Of a DNA stretch of 64,000 bases, positions 62,968 through 64,000 are shown piece by piece. The translations under genes and the position numbers were made by a program. Source of the stretch: Candidatus Oxydemutatoraceae bacterium (GTDB lineage: Bacteria; Pseudomonadota; Gammaproteobacteria; Poriferisulfidales; Oxydemutatoraceae); assembly GCA_965220085.1 (NCBI GenBank), contig CBDCOZ010000003.1:1376001-1440000 (forward strand). The letters run 5' to 3'. Under the pieces are notes generated by a model. The model was not told the origin of the DNA. It was given only the letters and a program-made list of their open reading frames with translations, and did not search any database. How positions within the stretch are numbered: position 1 is the first letter of the stretch; every line of letters starts with the position of its first letter.

Positions 62968-64000
62968 ATGGAAAGAGCAAAAAATCTGGGGCAATATTTT
63001 ACCCCCGAACATGTGGCTGATTTTATGATCAGTCTTTCCGATGCATCGAAGGGCGCAAAAATCTTAGAACCTGCCTGTGGCGAGGGTGTTTTCCTTAAGC
63101 TTCTTCAAGAAAAAGGATATCGGAATATTCTAGGATACGAGATTGACAATTCGCTCAATGCTGTAACAGATGCAAAAATTAATTACAAAAGTTTTATAAA
63201 TGAAAATTTTACAGAAAAATATAATTTGATAATTGGGAACCCACCATATATTCGCTGGAAAAATCTAGACCAAGAATTGAAGGGCGAGCTAGAGAATAAC
63301 AAGCTTTGGCAAAGATATTTTAATAGTCTTTGTGATTATCTCTGCATATTTATTCTGAAATCAGTTGAACTGCTTAAAGATAATGGTGAGTTAATCTTTA
63401 TCACCCCCGAATATTGGGTCAATACAAAACATGCTCAAGTTTTGCGTGACTTCCTTGTCGAGAACGGCTATTTTGGGGATATTATTCATTTCAACGAAAC
63501 ACCGATATTTGACAAGGTGGCTTCTTCAATTTTAATTTTCAGATTCGTAAAAAAGAGAAACTCCAATCAGAAAATTAGAGTGGTTAAATACCTTTCAACC
63601 CAGAAATTAGCCGAGGATGTTCTGGAAAAAATTAAGAATGAGAGTTCAGACAAAAGAATAAAGAGATTTGATAGGAACCAGTTTCTGCCGAGAGAGAGAT
63701 GGCTTCTTGCACCTCAAAAAATAGAGAAACAGTTGGAAGAATTTGAGAACAAATGTGCAGTCGCATTCACTACATCGCTCTTTGGTGACAAAAGGAAATG
63801 TTTTACGCTTGGTGATATTGCGGATATTGGCAACGGAATGGTAAGCGGGTTAGATCGCGCTTTCCAGATTCCTGAAGATATGGAACTGACAGAAGAAGAG
63901 AAGAAATCAATTATTTCCGTGCTGAAAGCCAAAAATATTAAGCAATATGTACATGGCAAACTCACAGATTACATTTTCCTTAATGGAGATATTAAAACCG
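62968..64000 (+). CDS. N6-adenine DNA methyltransferase (gamma class, M.HincII/TaqI-like); runs off the window
   Basis: ATG 62968 gives MERAKNLGQYFTP...ILEPACGEGVF...IIGNPPYIRWKNL...NSLCDY...GELIFITPEYW; the frame is open to the window end. Confidence 0.92.
   Translation, partial: MERAKNLGQYFTPEHVADFMISLSDASKGAKILEPACGEGVFLKLLQEKGYRNILGYEIDNSLNAVTDAKINYKSFINENFTEKYNLIIGNPPYIRWKNLDQELKGELENNKLWQRYFNSLCDYLCIFILKSVELLKDNGELIFITPEYWVNTKHAQVLRDFLVENGYFGDIIHFNETPIFDKVASSILIFRFVKKRNSNQKIRVVKYLSTQKLAEDVLEKIKNESSDKRIKRFDRNQFLPRERWLLAPQKIEKQLEEFENKCAVAFTTSLFGDKRKCFTLGDIADIGNGMVSGLDRAFQIPEDMELTEEEKKSIISVLKAKNIKQYVHGKLTDYIFLNGDIKT

Noticed and set aside
59276-64000. Integrase or attR repeat for a tRNA-Ser island; integron attC sites
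   Set aside because: No integrase, tRNA 3' duplication or convincing attC structure was seen within the window; they may lie beyond its edge.

Overview
This is a GC-rich bacterial window; the cadherin and Cys-rich giant proteins suggest a host-associated proteobacterium, which is an inference only. From left to right it holds four blocks. (1) Two paralogous giant secreted proteins on the minus strand. The first is <1..8405, runs off the window and is missing from the ORF track. The second is 24132..53462 (9776 aa): signal peptide, Cys-rich head, 17 modules of ~465 aa with GLUG-like/Ca-binding/FN3-like parts, 14 cadherin-like repeats and a C-terminal RLRLFLEGPLR motif. (2) Between them, a ~15 kb defence island bounded by IS1595-like ends and two direct 194-bp MITE copies, with 8-bp duplications on both the outer and the inner flanks (cointegrate geometry). 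It carries a type I R-M operon whose HsdS is fused to an MNT nucleotidyltransferase directly behind a HEPN gene, plus a nested Sir2-HerA pair (herA frameshifted) and a DUF1828/DUF1829 gene. It also has a second, degenerate HEPN-MNT pair, an AlbA_2/ATPase gene and an unexplained modular repeat array. (3) An NAD-linked formate dehydrogenase beta/alpha pair with REP-like palindromes inserted in frame in the beta subunit, a DUF1820 gene and tRNA-Ser(GGA). (4) An AT-rich type II R-M cluster with remnants and a duplication downstream of the tRNA. The best candidates for undescribed biology are the HEPN + MNT-HsdS fusion (a toxin-antitoxin guard built into an R-M complex) and the MITE-mediated capture of the island. 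All family assignments come from motif recognition by eye; no database searches were run.
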